NCBI GenBank assembly: GCA_963693365.1
Contig: CAVNZM010000012.1
Span: 2,604,001 to 2,668,000, forward strand
DNA from: Amoebidium appalachense
Lineage: Eukaryota > Protista > Ichthyosporea
Reading direction: 5' to 3'
DNA: 64,000 bases
Numbering within the stretch: position 1 is the stretch's first letter; each line of letters begins with the position of its first letter. The translations under genes and the position numbers were made by a program. A model generated the notes under the pieces. It did no database searches. It saw only the letters and a program-made list of their open reading frames with translations, and was not told the DNA's origin. Positions 32,307 to 44,700 of this stretch are shown piece after piece.

Positions 32307-33647
32307 TCAATAGCTCTTGTAACTACGGCAATATGCAGCAGAGTGCCCTTGCCGGCCACAAAAGTAACATGCACCAAAGAAGGGGCCAGGGGGGACTTCA
32401 AAACCTTGGCGCAAAGCATAACCGGGAGCCCGGTCATGCTCAGGCTGGGGGGCCCACCGTGTGCACCACGGCCCCCCTTCCCCCCCCTGCCCCCCTCGGC
32501 CTCTCTCACCACCATTTCCACCCCTCCCTCTACCCTGCCCACCACCACGAGCAAGATAAGGGGCAAACCTCTCGGTGAACTGCTGCTGTTGTCCTCCACG
32601 TCCACCTCGGCCACGACCGCCGTGTCCACCCCGGTCGCCGCCACGGCCACCCCGGAAGCCGAAGCCCCCTCGGCCCGAAAAGACGGCCTGGGAGAGCTCG
32701 GCAACCTGCTTGACCAACATGGTGAGTGCATCTGGCTGTTCACCCTCTTTTTTCTCTTTTTCCCCCTTCTGTCCACTCTCCTTCTTTTTCTGGTCTACTT
32801 CCATCACCTCCTTTTTATCCCTCTTATTGAACTTCACCTCGTGCATGGCAAGCAAGTGACGTTTAACATGCAACACCACCTCATCTACATCATCATGCTC
32901 CCCAAACATGCGTGCAGTGTCTGTGTTTACAGAGAGAGCCTTACGAGCAAACTCGAATTTTTCCCTATCACTCACGTCACCAGCTAACTCGCAAAGGTCT
33001 TCAAAGACCCGATATTCTCTCTCAAAGAATGCACGAGCTTCTACGGGGGACATATCTAAAGTGGGAAAGGTATACTTCCATTCTCTGAGCTGGGCCCGGA
33101 AGGTACGGCGCCGGTCGGCCGTCAGGTATCGGCCGACGAGCCGGGCCGTATACTCGAGCTCGTTTTCCGGCCGTGTGAAGGCCTCGAGCTCCCCGTCCAC
33201 GTCGTCGGTGCTGTTCTCGTCCTCGTCGTCGGGGATGAACCGTGCGGCCAGACGTTTCTGGCTGAGTGTCCGGGACACCATCTCGTCCCTCCCCTCGTCG
33301 TACTGCTGCTCGTATATACGAGCCGTCACCTGGGGGGCCTGCTCGGCCCGGTACGGGTGCTCCTCCATCAGGGTGCATAAGTCGGCCATTGTTTTGTGGT
33401 CGATGCACTGTTTGATCATTAAGCACGAGGCCGCCACAGTGGGGGCCTTCTTTGTGTCTAACACTAGTGTGGGTGTGTTAGCTAGGAGTGTCCTAAGCCA
33501 CCTAGGTATTTCCGAGTCGTGTTTGAGTGTAAAACTGAAAGCTGTGGTCTGTCTAACGTCTAGTGTATGAACCTGTGGTACCTGTGTGTGCAGGGAGCTA
33601 TCCTCCGCTGCCAATGCGTAGAACATGTCTACGTTAAACTTAGCCAT
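32307..33647 (-). CDS. gag: Intact Gag of family A (446 aa) with RGG-rich region and CCHC zinc knuckle
   Basis: ATG follows the PBS and UTR; C-terminal CYFCGRQGHSAAYC; uninterrupted ORF. Confidence 0.9.
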   Translation of the reverse strand: MAKFNVDMFYALAAEDSSLHTQVPQVHTLDVRQTTAFSFTLKHDSEIPRWLRTLLANTPTLVLDTKKAPTVAASCLMIKQCIDHKTMADLCTLMEEHPYRAEQAPQVTARIYEQQYDEGRDEMVSRTLSQKRLAARFIPDDEDENSTDDVDGELEAFTRPENELEYTARLVGRYLTADRRRTFRAQLREWKYTFPTLDMSPVEARAFFEREYRVFEDLCELAGDVSDREKFEFARKALSVNTDTARMFGEHDDVDEVVLHVKRHLLAMHEVKFNKRDKKEVMEVDQKKKESGQKGEKEKKEGEQPDALTMLVKQVAELSQAVFSGRGGFGFRGGRGGDRGGHGGRGRGGRGGQQQQFTERFAPYLARGGGQGRGRGGNGGERGRGGQGGEGGPWCTRWAPQPEHDRAPGYALRQGFEVPPGPFFGACYFCGRQGHSAAYCRSYKSY

Positions 33648-34611
33648 TGTGTGGTGTTCGGGTGGTTGTGTTTATGTTTGTTTGTTTTTTTTTGTTTTTT
33701 TTTTTTTTCTGTGTGTTTGAGGTGTAGCAACAGCCCAGAAGGAACTGTCACCGCGTTACCCTAGCGCGAAAAACCGCACTAAAAGAAAGGTGTAGCTTGT
33801 CGTATCCTAATATATATGTACTAGAGACGCGGCACTCTACTAAGTGTACACACACGAAAAGGAACGAACGTGTACGGAAAAACGGTAAAGTTTATTCAGA
33901 CCAGGCTCCGACGGGCAAACTTAGATACGTACGGAATGAGACTAAGTTACAACTGAGGCCCTCAAGGCCGTGCCCTCAAAGATCATCATCACCTGGCCCC
34001 CTACGATGCCACATTCCAAACATTCCGATCTACTTTTATCGTGCGCCTGCACGAGCTAAGTCGATCTACTCAACTAATATATTTATCCATGTCTCACCCC
34101 TCACCCTCCCCCTAGTGGCACCGCAGAGTCTAAATCTACATTTCATTCTATCCTCCCCCCCCCCTCCCTCCCCCCTTTCCTCTACATCTAAATATATAAA
34201 TATGTTTGGCAACATACACTATTAAACCTTGCCAATACTTACAAAAGGGCTTCTGCCCGAACAATCACATTCCTAAGTCCTCCTACGATCTATCCTACAC
34301 ACTAATTAGAATTCTATTGGTCGGCTGTCCCGGCTGACGTGGTCCAATGCCCTGCGCCGGCAGAGGCAAGATGCACGCAGCTGTACAGCTATCTTGAGGC
34401 CCCGGACTTGATCTTGATGATCTGTGGACCCGGGCCACCCCCCCCCCCCCCCCCCCGATCTCGATCGTAGACTTAGGCTAATCTGCTGAGACGGATTAGT
34501 ATATGTCAACGGTGGTGGGCAAGCTCTCTGCCCTGCGCAAGGTACACGAACTTTGGGGGCTCCCATACCCTCCCCCATCGGTCATGTCCGCCTTCACCCA
34601 GGGGTACACCC

Positions 34612-37111
34612 TGTAAACATCTGTACACGCCGTACATGTTTACTATTACGAATATACTGTACATATCATAGTGATCACGTAGATATTGTGTACATATGAT
34701 CAGATCAATATCACACGCGACAGCCGCGGGCTGCGGCTCACGACTGAGCCGCGGCGCCGGCAATATGCAGTGGCCGTGCAGTCAGTATGAACCAATAGAA
34801 TTCGAGAACCGCTAGGATAGGAATGCAAGTCTCATCCACTACGGAGGCGACATCTATAGCTAAACGAACGGAACCAATAAGGAAATCAGACCCAGTTGCA
34901 TAAACCTAAACGGGCATAAGTATTGACCAATCATTTGCCACAAAGTTATCCTTTTAGTTAGCTTCATGTTATTGGTGCACTGTGTGCACATAAAGACGAC
35001 CGCACTCTTCTGACTGGTCAGAAGTCACGAAGGCATCAATGCCACCCATCCAGATGATCCGGAACCTGGGGGCTATATAAACAAGCCGTCCCAGTACGGG
35101 GGATCACTCTGAACGAGCACATTAAATAGTAACCTGGCCGCGTGTGCCTTACTACCCGTTCTCTGTCTTTATTCTGATTCAGTTGTTCTCTGCCTTATCC
35201 CAACTAGTTCAACTGTTTACATTGGCGACCGCGCAGTTCCAGAATCTCACATCTTTCAAGAATCTCTTCAACCATGGCGGGCGAATTTGACGACTACCCT
35301 GTACTCTCGGACAATGAAAGCAAACTGACACGTGACACCAAGAAGCCTACCGCAGTCAAACCGCCGCCCCCAACGCAGAAGAAAGCCAAGACTCCGGGGC
35401 AGGGCACGAAAACACTCCCCACCCCTCCCCCTACACAGCCTCGTGCTCCCCAGAAACCGAACACGATCACAAAACCCAACACACACACGAACACAAAGGC
35501 AACTACGAAGCCCACTGGCAACGAACAAACGAAGCCCAACGAAAGCACGAAACCCAAAGACAAAACGAAGCGCAACGAACACACGAAAACCAACGAACAT
35601 ACGAACACCAACGAACACACGAACACCAACAAACACACGAACGAACTTCAAGTAGCAACGAAGGAAAAAACGAAACAAGACCGGGACACTGCCACAGCTC
35701 TGGCAGAGGTGCGGGGCCGTGTTCTCTCCAAGTTCTATCGTATTGAAACTCTGAGACGTGCCATTCAAACTGCAATCGATGCTGGGCGGCCTGTGATGGA
35801 CCTCGAAGCTGATGTCGCGCAGATTTACAGTGAGATTTCGCAGATGGAAGACACCACACTGTCTAGAATGTTGTGCACGTCCGCGAAATGGTCTGAGTTG
35901 GAGCGGGAAGCACAGTTGGTGGCTGAGGCACGTGTGAAAAATACGACGGTGCCCACCACCCCCCGTCCTCCCCCACCCACCACAGGCAAGAAGCCTTTGT
36001 CCCCGGTCCCATCTGGGTGCACTGATCCCAAGGTAATTGCACCTCCCGCACCCCCCACTAAATTTACATATAAGGATGTGCTTGCGCGCACACTCAGCTA
36101 CACTGATTCTGATGCTGAAAATGAAGAAAAACACGAACAAAGTTACGAAGACACACCCACAAACGAAAACGAACACATGACTGCGAAAGTGCATGAAGAA
36201 GATCACTTCGACCAGCCTAAAGCACCCGTATTTAACGAAATCCCCCTTGCAGGATCCCCTCTGGCGTCTGCAGGTGGACTGGCAGGCACGCCAAGTCGCC
36301 CGAGAGGCTCTGATGTCAGCACAGGCTCAGGAGGTAAGGCTGGGTCTATATTGAACAAGCACTCACAGACTACCTAGGTACTTTGGTGGCCGGCCCTGCC
36401 AGCCAGCCCGCACGAAAGAAGCGCCGACGTCGCTAACTTCCCTCAGCCTGGTGGTTTACCGTCTCCAGACCATACCACCAGGCTCCCGAGAAGGGGGGGA
36501 GTGTAAACATCTGTACACGCCGTACATGTTTACTATTACGAATATACTGTACATATCATAGTGATCACGTAGATATTGTGTACATATGATCAGATCAATA
36601 TCACACGCGACAGCCGCGGGCTGCGGCTCACGACTGAGCCGCGGCGCCGGCAATATGCAGTGGCCGTGCAGTCAGTATGAACCAATAGAATTCGAGAACC
36701 GCTAGGATAGGAATGCAAGTCTCATCCACTACGGAGGCGACATCTATAGCTAAACGAACGGAACCAATAAGGAAATCAGACCCAGTTGCATAAACCTAAA
36801 CGGGCTTAAGTATTGACCAATCATTTGCCACAAAGTTATCCTTTTAGTTAGCTTCATGTTATTGGTGCACTGTGTGCACATAAAGACGACCGCACTCTTC
36901 TGACTGGTCAGAAGTCACGAAGGCATCAATGCCACCCATCCAGATGATCCGGAACCTGGGGGCTATATAAACAAGCCGTCCCAGTACGGGGGATCACTCT
37001 GAACGAGCACATTAAATAGTAACCTGGCCGCGTGTGCCTTACTACCCGTTCTCTGTCTTTATTCTGATTCAGTTGTTCTCTGCCTTATCCCAACTAGTTC
37101 AACTGTTTACA
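34612..37111 (+). mobile_element. Young non-autonomous Gypsy-type LTR element (family C, long LTR)
   Basis: 610-bp LTRs 34612-35221 and 36502-37111 (TGTAAACA...TGTTTACA) with only one difference noticed. TSD CACCC. tRNA-type PBS TGGCGACCGCGCAG; PPT GAGAAGGGGGGGAG. Confidence 0.93.
35274..36377 (+). CDS. Gag-like ORF of family C (367 aa; Thr/Lys/Asn repeats plus a helical core), no pol
   Basis: Only long ORF between the LTRs, starting ~50 bp after the PBS. The gag assignment is by position only. Confidence 0.6.
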   Translation: MAGEFDDYPVLSDNESKLTRDTKKPTAVKPPPPTQKKAKTPGQGTKTLPTPPPTQPRAPQKPNTITKPNTHTNTKATTKPTGNEQTKPNESTKPKDKTKRNEHTKTNEHTNTNEHTNTNKHTNELQVATKEKTKQDRDTATALAEVRGRVLSKFYRIETLRRAIQTAIDAGRPVMDLEADVAQIYSEISQMEDTTLSRMLCTSAKWSELEREAQLVAEARVKNTTVPTTPRPPPPTTGKKPLSPVPSGCTDPKVIAPPAPPTKFTYKDVLARTLSYTDSDAENEEKHEQSYEDTPTNENEHMTAKVHEEDHFDQPKAPVFNEIPLAGSPLASAGGLAGTPSRPRGSDVSTGSGGKAGSILNKHSQTT

Positions 37112-37157
37112 CACCCGCACCCATATGCAGCGTAACCCCGACAACATTAGCAAAGAT

Positions 37158-39700
37158 CACCCCCCATCCGAAACCTGTCCTGTACGACTTTAGGACGTCC
37201 TATCGTCGTTAATATATCTAAAAGATAGCTTAGGTCAACGGGTTTAGGATAACCCGGAATTTCAGGATGGCAAGGCGTCTGAAACACATCCCATATATAT
37301 TAAATACGTCTGGCATGGATTCAAGACAGTGGACATCTTAAAGACGTAGTAAAGTCGTCTGACAAGATGTCATACAGACACCTGGAAGTGCACTTATACC
37401 CATCAGCACAAGTCCGGATGTCCTTAACCCCCCTTTAAATTGTCCGATGGGTTGCGGATGCATACGGGATATATTAAAGACGTCTTTCGAAATTTGTGGT
37501 CTTTTACGTCTTAAAGATATCCTGGACGGATTGAGGACATATTGTTATCATCCCGGAACATAGGGTAGTTAACAGATGTCCTAAAGACGTCTGCACTCAT
37601 TCTACAGGATGTCTATGAGATATACCGATACATATTATATAGATGTGTGTAAGATGCATTATACACGCAAGTAAGTTGACACAAGGCGCTCGTGGGATGG
37701 GCATAGAGATATGTTAAAGATGTACTGCAGAGATCTTAGTACAATCTTTATCCTCTCTTAATCCCGAATGGCCATGCAACATTTGCGAAACGAACTGATT
37801 GCGTTAGGATGTCGTCAGGATATATCACAGCTAGGCAGTGGATCATCTAAGGAGATCTTTGGAGAGTTCTTTGTAGCACTTTTGGCCATCCCAATTATAT
37901 CTTCAAGACAGGCCATGTCTGTGTTGGAGTGCAGACTTACGCTCACTCCACAATATGTGTATGTTAGCTTTACAATTGGTTCCGTGTACACAGACACACG
38001 CTGACACTCGATCACCACATGCACATCTGCATAGTTGAGGAATGTTGCCAATTGTGTTTTGACTGCAAACGATTGGTTCACTGGTCCCAGAGATCTCTAA
38101 ATGAAAGTAACCAATCCGATTAGCGCCTGGCATCCGGATTACATTCCAGACTGCTGCCCCACGGGTATATAAGCCACGTCTCTGCCAGGTGCAGACATGG
38201 AGTTCAGTGATGGAGTTAAGTCATGGAGGTCAGTCATGGAGTTCAGTCATGGAGTTAACACACTGAAAGCAGTAAAAAACGGGTCAGCGCCCAAGCGCGC
38301 CACGACGACCCTAGTCACAGCGGACTCTACTTCCAACAGGGTTATGGGCCCAGACACGACACCGCGGCCTCTAACTTCACGTCCCCTACGACGCCTTGAA
38401 CGGAGGAGCCAGAAACCGACTTCTAGGCTGTACCCTACACCCGCGAGCGTATTTCCGTGAAGTAGAGACTTTCGCTTCCACAAACTCCATCCGCAGCAGC
38501 CTGCAACATCAACGTCAAGTATTCCACTTCATTGGCGGGGCACGCACCACAGTGGAATGCACACCCCGGTCTACCCTGCAAGCAGCCACACTCACTCTCT
38601 CTTCTCTAGTGGTGTGTACACTTCTCCAATTGGGTAGGGGTGTTGGAGTGCAGACTTACGCTCACTCCACAATATGTGTATGTTAGCTTTACAATTGGTT
38701 CCGTGTACACAGACACACGCTGACACTCGATCACCACATGCACATCTGCATAGTTGAGGAATGTTGCCAATTGTGTTTTGACTGCAAACGATTGGTTCAC
38801 TGGTCCCAGAGATCTCTAAATGAAAGTAACCAATCCGATTAGCGCCTGGCATCCGGATTACATTCCAGACTGCTGCCCCACGGGTATATAGGCCACGTCT
38901 CTGCCAGGTGCAGACATGGAGTTCAGTCATGGAGTTAACACACTGAAAGCAGTAAAAAAAACGGGTCAGCGCCCAAGCGCGCCACGACGACCCTGGTCAC
39001 AGCGGACTCTACTTCCAACAGTCTGTGCATGTGATATGCTAACGCAATCTTAGGCATGTATTGGTGATACCTTTCTGCGATCTTCACGCCCTATTTGGGG
39101 TAGCTTAAAGATGTTCAGAGTTGCAATTAGCTATTGTGTGAGGATTACTTTAGGACCTCTTTACGACGTCTGCACTCATTCTACAGGATGTCTATGAGAG
39201 ATACCGATACATATTATATAGATGTGTGTAAGATGCATTATGCACGCAAGTAAGTTGACACAAGGCACTCGTGGGATGGGCGTAGAGATATGTTAAAGAT
39301 GTACTGCGGAAATCTTAGTACAATCTTTATCCTCTCTTAATCCCGTATGGCCATGCAACATTTGCGAAACGAACTGATTGCGTTAGAATGTCGTCAGGAT
39401 ATATCACAGCTAGGCAGTGGATCATCTAAGGAGATCTTTGGAGAGTTCTTTTGTAGCGCTATTGGCCATCCAAATTATATCTTCAAGACAGGCCATGTAT
39501 GTGCATGTGATATGCTAACGCAATCTTAGGCAAGTATTGGTGATACCTTTCTGCGATCTTCACGCCCTATTTGGGGTAGCTTAAAGATGTTCAGAGTTGC
39601 AATTAGGTATTGTGTTAGGATTACTTTAGGACCTCTTTAAGGCTTCAATGGGATCGATTTAGATGATCTTTAAGTGTTCTCTGGGATAGAAAAGCAAAGC
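37158..39700. mobile_element. Probable subterminal region of a DNA transposon (CMC/EnSpm-like), including a ~470-bp tandem duplication
   Basis: YR homology stops at CACCCCCC (37158). Dense short motifs GACGTC/AAGAYRTC. 37587-39162 (minus the TRIM) is duplicated at 39166-39639. TIR and TSD not established. Confidence 0.35.
37922..39020 (+). mobile_element. Copia-type TRIM (non-coding LTR element)
   Basis: LTRs 37922-38338 and 38641-39020 (TGTTGG...CCAACA), TSD GTCTG. PBS GGTTATGGGCCCAG is the copia-type site for a tRNAi-Met fragment. PPT GGGTAGGGG; 302-bp internal region; empty site preserved in the duplicate at ~39495. Confidence 0.92.
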
Positions 39701-40955
39701 ACGTATCGCTATCCTCAGCCACGGCGTCTTCACCACCCGGTCAATGCCGATTACCCAGGACCACGATCCATGATGCGCGGGTTAGCTCAATATATACGAC
39801 CGGAAAAGGGATTTCGCATTTGATTGTGGGATAGATCACTCCAACGTTTTTGATTGGTTGTTTTTTAGGATCGAATTTCACACTGCATTCACAATGAAGG
39901 CGTCACAAGGTACGCTTTTATTGAAACATGAAACATGAAGGCGTCGCGCAGGTGCGCGCGAGGCGTTGATAGCCAATGGAAACAAAGATTTACTGGAGGG
40001 GTGCAAAACAGAATCCGAAGCACTGTTATCATTACAATCATGATCCGTCTGATGTAAGTAAAACTGGGGCATTCAACTGCCAAATACAGAAGTTTTAGTT
40101 ATAATAATATTTAAGGTACCTATAAATTAGGCGAGATACCTTGGCAAACGGTTCAATGCCTGCGCGGAGCAAGTGGCCGGTGCGTGGAATTTACCCTAAA
40201 TAAACACATTAAAAAATAAAAAATAAAAAAAATGCACAAAAAACGCAAAAAACGCAAAGATATATACTGTATCGCATACCTTAGGAAGCTCCTAAGAATA
40301 TCATCACGCTATACTAGAGCTATACTTACTATTCTGTCAGTACGTCCTGAATAAATACGCCAACCATACCTGAAACTGCAGTGCGGATCGCCGACCATAA
40401 AACTCCTTACACCCCACCACCCTAAGATACACTCCCTCCTCAGTGACCTTCTTGCAGTCGAATATAGCAGCTGTTGTATGGGAATATTTTTCTTTTCACT
40501 GGAAGAGGCAGATCCCCCCGTGGAGTCCCCCGTGCTTCAGCAGGCGTTAAGCCCGCTAGGAACAACTGCAGCTGTAGCGGCAGGAACTTTAGGCAATTGC
40601 CACGTCCTTCAAGCCTGGGGCTGGGGTCGAAGTTCCCTTCTGATGCAAAATAGGCATCCAGCTTTGCAAGGTGCAGGCCTTTCTTATCCTGCAAGCCTGT
40701 GTTTGGGACAAAAGGATTCGAGTGCATCAGAGTAATCTTCCGCAGCGCAGCGGCGGGCCCGCCGGGGAGAGGGGGGGGGGGGGGGGGTGGGGGGGGGACG
40801 TTGCCATTGCCTTGGAAATAACCACCCAATGTGTAACCCCCCCCCCCCCCCCACAAAAAAAAAGCACACTATACAATGACCCCCCCCCCCATGGACCCCA
40901 CCCTATGGGGCCAGCAAATTTCAGTGGGGGTGTGTGAGCCATCACGTTTGATGCC

Positions 40956-40997
<42 letters not shown>

Positions 40998-41585
40998 CCC
41001 CCGTCCATTCGGAGGGTTTTGGCAGATATTGAGATTTTAGATTTTTCGTCTTGAAATTCCCCGATCACGTTCCCCCCCTCCGTCGGGAAAAAATCCTACG
41101 GACTCCCCCGTGTGTACTTTGCATTAACATGCCTTCCCATTGGGAAAACAAAAAAAAACTGCATCGAAATCCGTCCATTCTGAGGGTTTTTGCACGTTTT
41201 TTCCCTCCACAACACATGCACACTATAGAATGACCCCCCCCCCCCCTTCTTGGACCCCCCCTGATGGGCCGGCAAATGCCCGTGGGGATGTGTGGGTGAA
41301 CGTGGGCACTCCCCCCCACCCCCATCTACGTTTGGTGGTGAGAAAGTCAGCTACTTGCTAAAGGAAAGGGTGTTTGGGTTTTTTGAATACGAAGGCTGGT
41401 ATGTTGCATGCGGGACTGGAGAAAACACTGAAATTCCCCGATCACGTCCCCCCCCCCTCCGTCGGGAAAAAAATTCTACGGACTCCCCCGTGTGTACTTT
41501 GCATTAACATGCACACATGCACACACACGGTGCACCCCCCCCCTCCCCTTCCCTCTCAACTGAGCACATACACACACACATACAT

Positions 41586-41642
<57 letters not shown>

Positions 41643-41794
41643 CACACATGCACACATGCACGGACACGAATCCCCCCTTCCCCTTCCCTCTCCACCGAGC
41701 ACATGCACACATGCACAGACATGCACACACACACACACAGAACACACACGATGCACACAGACATGCACACACACACAAACACACAACACACACA

Positions 41795-41844
<50 letters not shown>

Positions 41845-42019
41845 CACACACACGGTGCATTTCCCCCCTCCCCTTCCCTCTCCACAGAGCACACACACAC
41901 ACGTGCACACATGCACACACACGGTGCATCCCCCCTCTCCCCCCCTTCCCTTTCAACTGAGCACATACACACACACAGACATGCACACACACAACATACA
42001 CAGACATCCACACATCAGA

Positions 42020-44049
42020 CACAGAACAGCTTCTAGCACGAGACATTTACCACAAAGTTTATGGCGGGGATGGTGAATATGCCCCTGGAGTACGAGGGTC
42101 ACACGAAAAAAACACAACGTTGTAGCTCGTATAGAACCCCCCTTGTAGCATAGTATATGTACATATGTTACCTAGACATTATTGGTTTTTCAATAACTAC
42201 CCACAGAACAGCCTCTAGCACGAGAGATTTACCACAAACTTTATGGGGGGGATGGTGAATGTGCCCCTGGAGTACGAGGGTCACACGAAAAAAACACAAC
42301 ATTGTAGCTCGAATAGAACCCCCCTTGCAATTGTAGCATAGTATATGTACAGGTGTTACCTAGACATTATTGGTTTTTTCAATAACTACCCACAGAACAG
42401 CTTCTAGCACGAGACCTTTACCACAAAGTTTATGGGGGGGATGGTGAATGTGCCCCTGGAGTACGAGGGTCACACGAAAAAAACACAACGTTGTAGCTCG
42501 TATAGAACCCCCCTTGTAGCATAGTATATGTACATATGTTACCTAGACATTATTGGTCTTTCAATAACTACCCACAGAACAGCCTCTAGCACGAGGGATT
42601 TACCACAAAGTTTATGGGGGGGATGGTGAATGTGCCTCTGGAGTACGAGGGTCACACGAAAAAAACACAACATTGTAGCTCGAATAGAACCCCCCTTGTA
42701 GCATAGTATATGTACATGTGTTACCTAGACATTACTAAGTTGGTTTTTTCAATAACTACCCACAGAACAGCTTCTAGCACGAAACCTTTACCACAAAGTT
42801 TATGGGGGGGATGGTGAATGTGCCTCTGGAGTACAAGGGTCACACGAAAAAAACACAACGTTGTAGCTCGTATAGCACCCCCCTTGTAGCATAGTATATG
42901 TACATATGTTACCTAGACATTATTGGTTTTTCAATAACTACCCACAGAACAGCCTCTAGCACGAGAGATTTACCACACAGTTTATGGGGGGGATGGTGAA
43001 TGTGCCCCTGGAGTACGAGGGTCACACGAAAAAAACACAACATTGTAGCTCGAATAGAACCCCCCTTGTAGCATAGTATATGTACATGTGTTACCTAGAC
43101 ATTATTCGTTTTTTCAATAACTACCCACAGAACAGCCTCTAGCACGAGAGATTTACCACAAAGTTTATGGGGGGGAATGGTGAATGTGCCCCTGGAGTAC
43201 GAGGGTCACACGAAAAAAACACAACATTGTAGCTCGAATAGAACCCCCCTTGTAGCATAGTATATGTACATGTGTTACCTAGACATTATTGGTTTTTCAA
43301 TAACTACCCACAGAACAGCCTCTAGCACGAGAGATTTACCACAAAGTTTATGGGGGGGATGGTGAATGTGCCCCTGGAGTACGAGGGTCACACGAAAAAA
43401 ACACAACGTTGTAGCTCGTATAGAACCCCCCTTGTAGCATAGTATATGTACATATGTTACCTAGACATTATTGGTCTTTCAATAACTACCCACAGAACAG
43501 CCTCTAGCACGAGGGATTTACCACAAAGTTTATGGGGGGGATGGTGAATGTGCCTCTGGAGTACGAGGGTCACACGAAAAAAACACAACATTGTAGCTCG
43601 AATAGAACCCCCCTTGTAGCATAGTATATGTACATGTGTTACCTAGACATTACTAAGTTGGTTTTTTCAATAACTACCCACAGAACAGCTTCTAGCACGA
43701 AACCTTTACCACAAAGTTTATGGGGGGGATGGTGAATGTGCCTCTGGAGTACAAGGGTCACACGAAAAAAACACAACGTTGTAGCTCGTATAGCACCCCC
43801 CTTGTAGCATAGTATATGTACATATGTTACCTAGACATTATTGGTTTTTCAATAACTACCCACAGAACAGCCTCTAGCACGAGAGATTTACCACAAAGTT
43901 TATGGGGGGGATGGTGAATGTGCCCCTGGAGTACGAGGGTCACACGAAAAAAACACAACGTTGTAGCTCGTATAGAACCCCCTTTGTAGCATAGTATATG
44001 TACATAGTATGTTACCTAGACATTATTGGTTTTTTCAATAACTACCCAC
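42020..44049. repeat. Tandem satellite, 11 copies of a ~182-189-bp unit
   Basis: Unit start CACAGAACAGC recurs at ~42020, 42202, 42391, 42573, 42761, 42943, 43126, 43309, 43491, 43681 and 43861. Confidence 0.95.
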
Positions 44050-44163
44050 ATGCGGCATGTGTTACTTTCACGTTATTGGTTTCCTAGCACGGGATATTCA
44101 GCACACAGTTGGGGATGTGGGGGCAGTGTACACCTCAATATTGGTAAGGTGGTGGTGGGTGGG

Positions 44164-44207
<44 letters not shown>

Positions 44208-44668
44208 CCACACAACCGAAACTGTCGGTGTTACAAGTGGTTCGGTCTTAGGAAGTTAGAACGGTGATTTTTTAATAAATAGCGGGAAACAATATTTTCC
44301 CCATTGCATATGGGGGGAACGAGGAGGGGGGGAGGGGGGGGGGGGGGGGGTTTCACAACGAATTCTATCGACTGTGCATAATTAATGCCAATTGCACATG
44401 TAGCCTGAAAGATTAAAGTGAATGTGTGTATGTATATGTGCGAGTATATTTGTGTATGCAATACATGTACAATGTTTTCGTCTTTGTAGGTGGGTGGGTG
44501 GGGTGGGTGGGGGGGGGGGGGGTGCGCGGGGGGGGAAGAGGGAGGGGGGAGGGGGCATCATGATCAGGGATAACAGGGTGTGTGCGTGTGTGCGCTTGTG
44601 TGTGCATGTGCTGTGTGTGTTGTGTAGGTGTGCGCCTGTGTGTGTGTGCGTGCCTGTGTATGCGCGCC

Positions 44669-44700
<32 letters not shown>

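Larger units (their letters stand above)
29949..34508 (-). mobile_element. Gypsy family A, copy 2, with a large 3' deletion
   Basis: TSD ACGGT (29944-29948 / 34509-34513). 5' LTR is 33798-34508. Only the last 13 bp of the 3' LTR remain (29949-29961), followed by ~11 bp filler and RT truncated at KEKTAF. Confidence 0.92.

Noticed and set aside
35268-36206. 312-aa antisense ORF in family C
   Set aside because: It is the mirror of the repetitive sense ORF, with no independent evidence.
40440-40760. Minus-strand ORF as continuation of the tyrosine recombinase or a transposase
   Set aside because: Wrong strand for the YR, with no R-H-R-Y or DDE motifs recognisable. Left unassigned.
42020-44049. 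CRISPR-like or ncRNA array
   Set aside because: Units are near-identical over their whole length with no unique spacers, no cas genes and no recognisable RNA gene. It is an ordinary tandem satellite.
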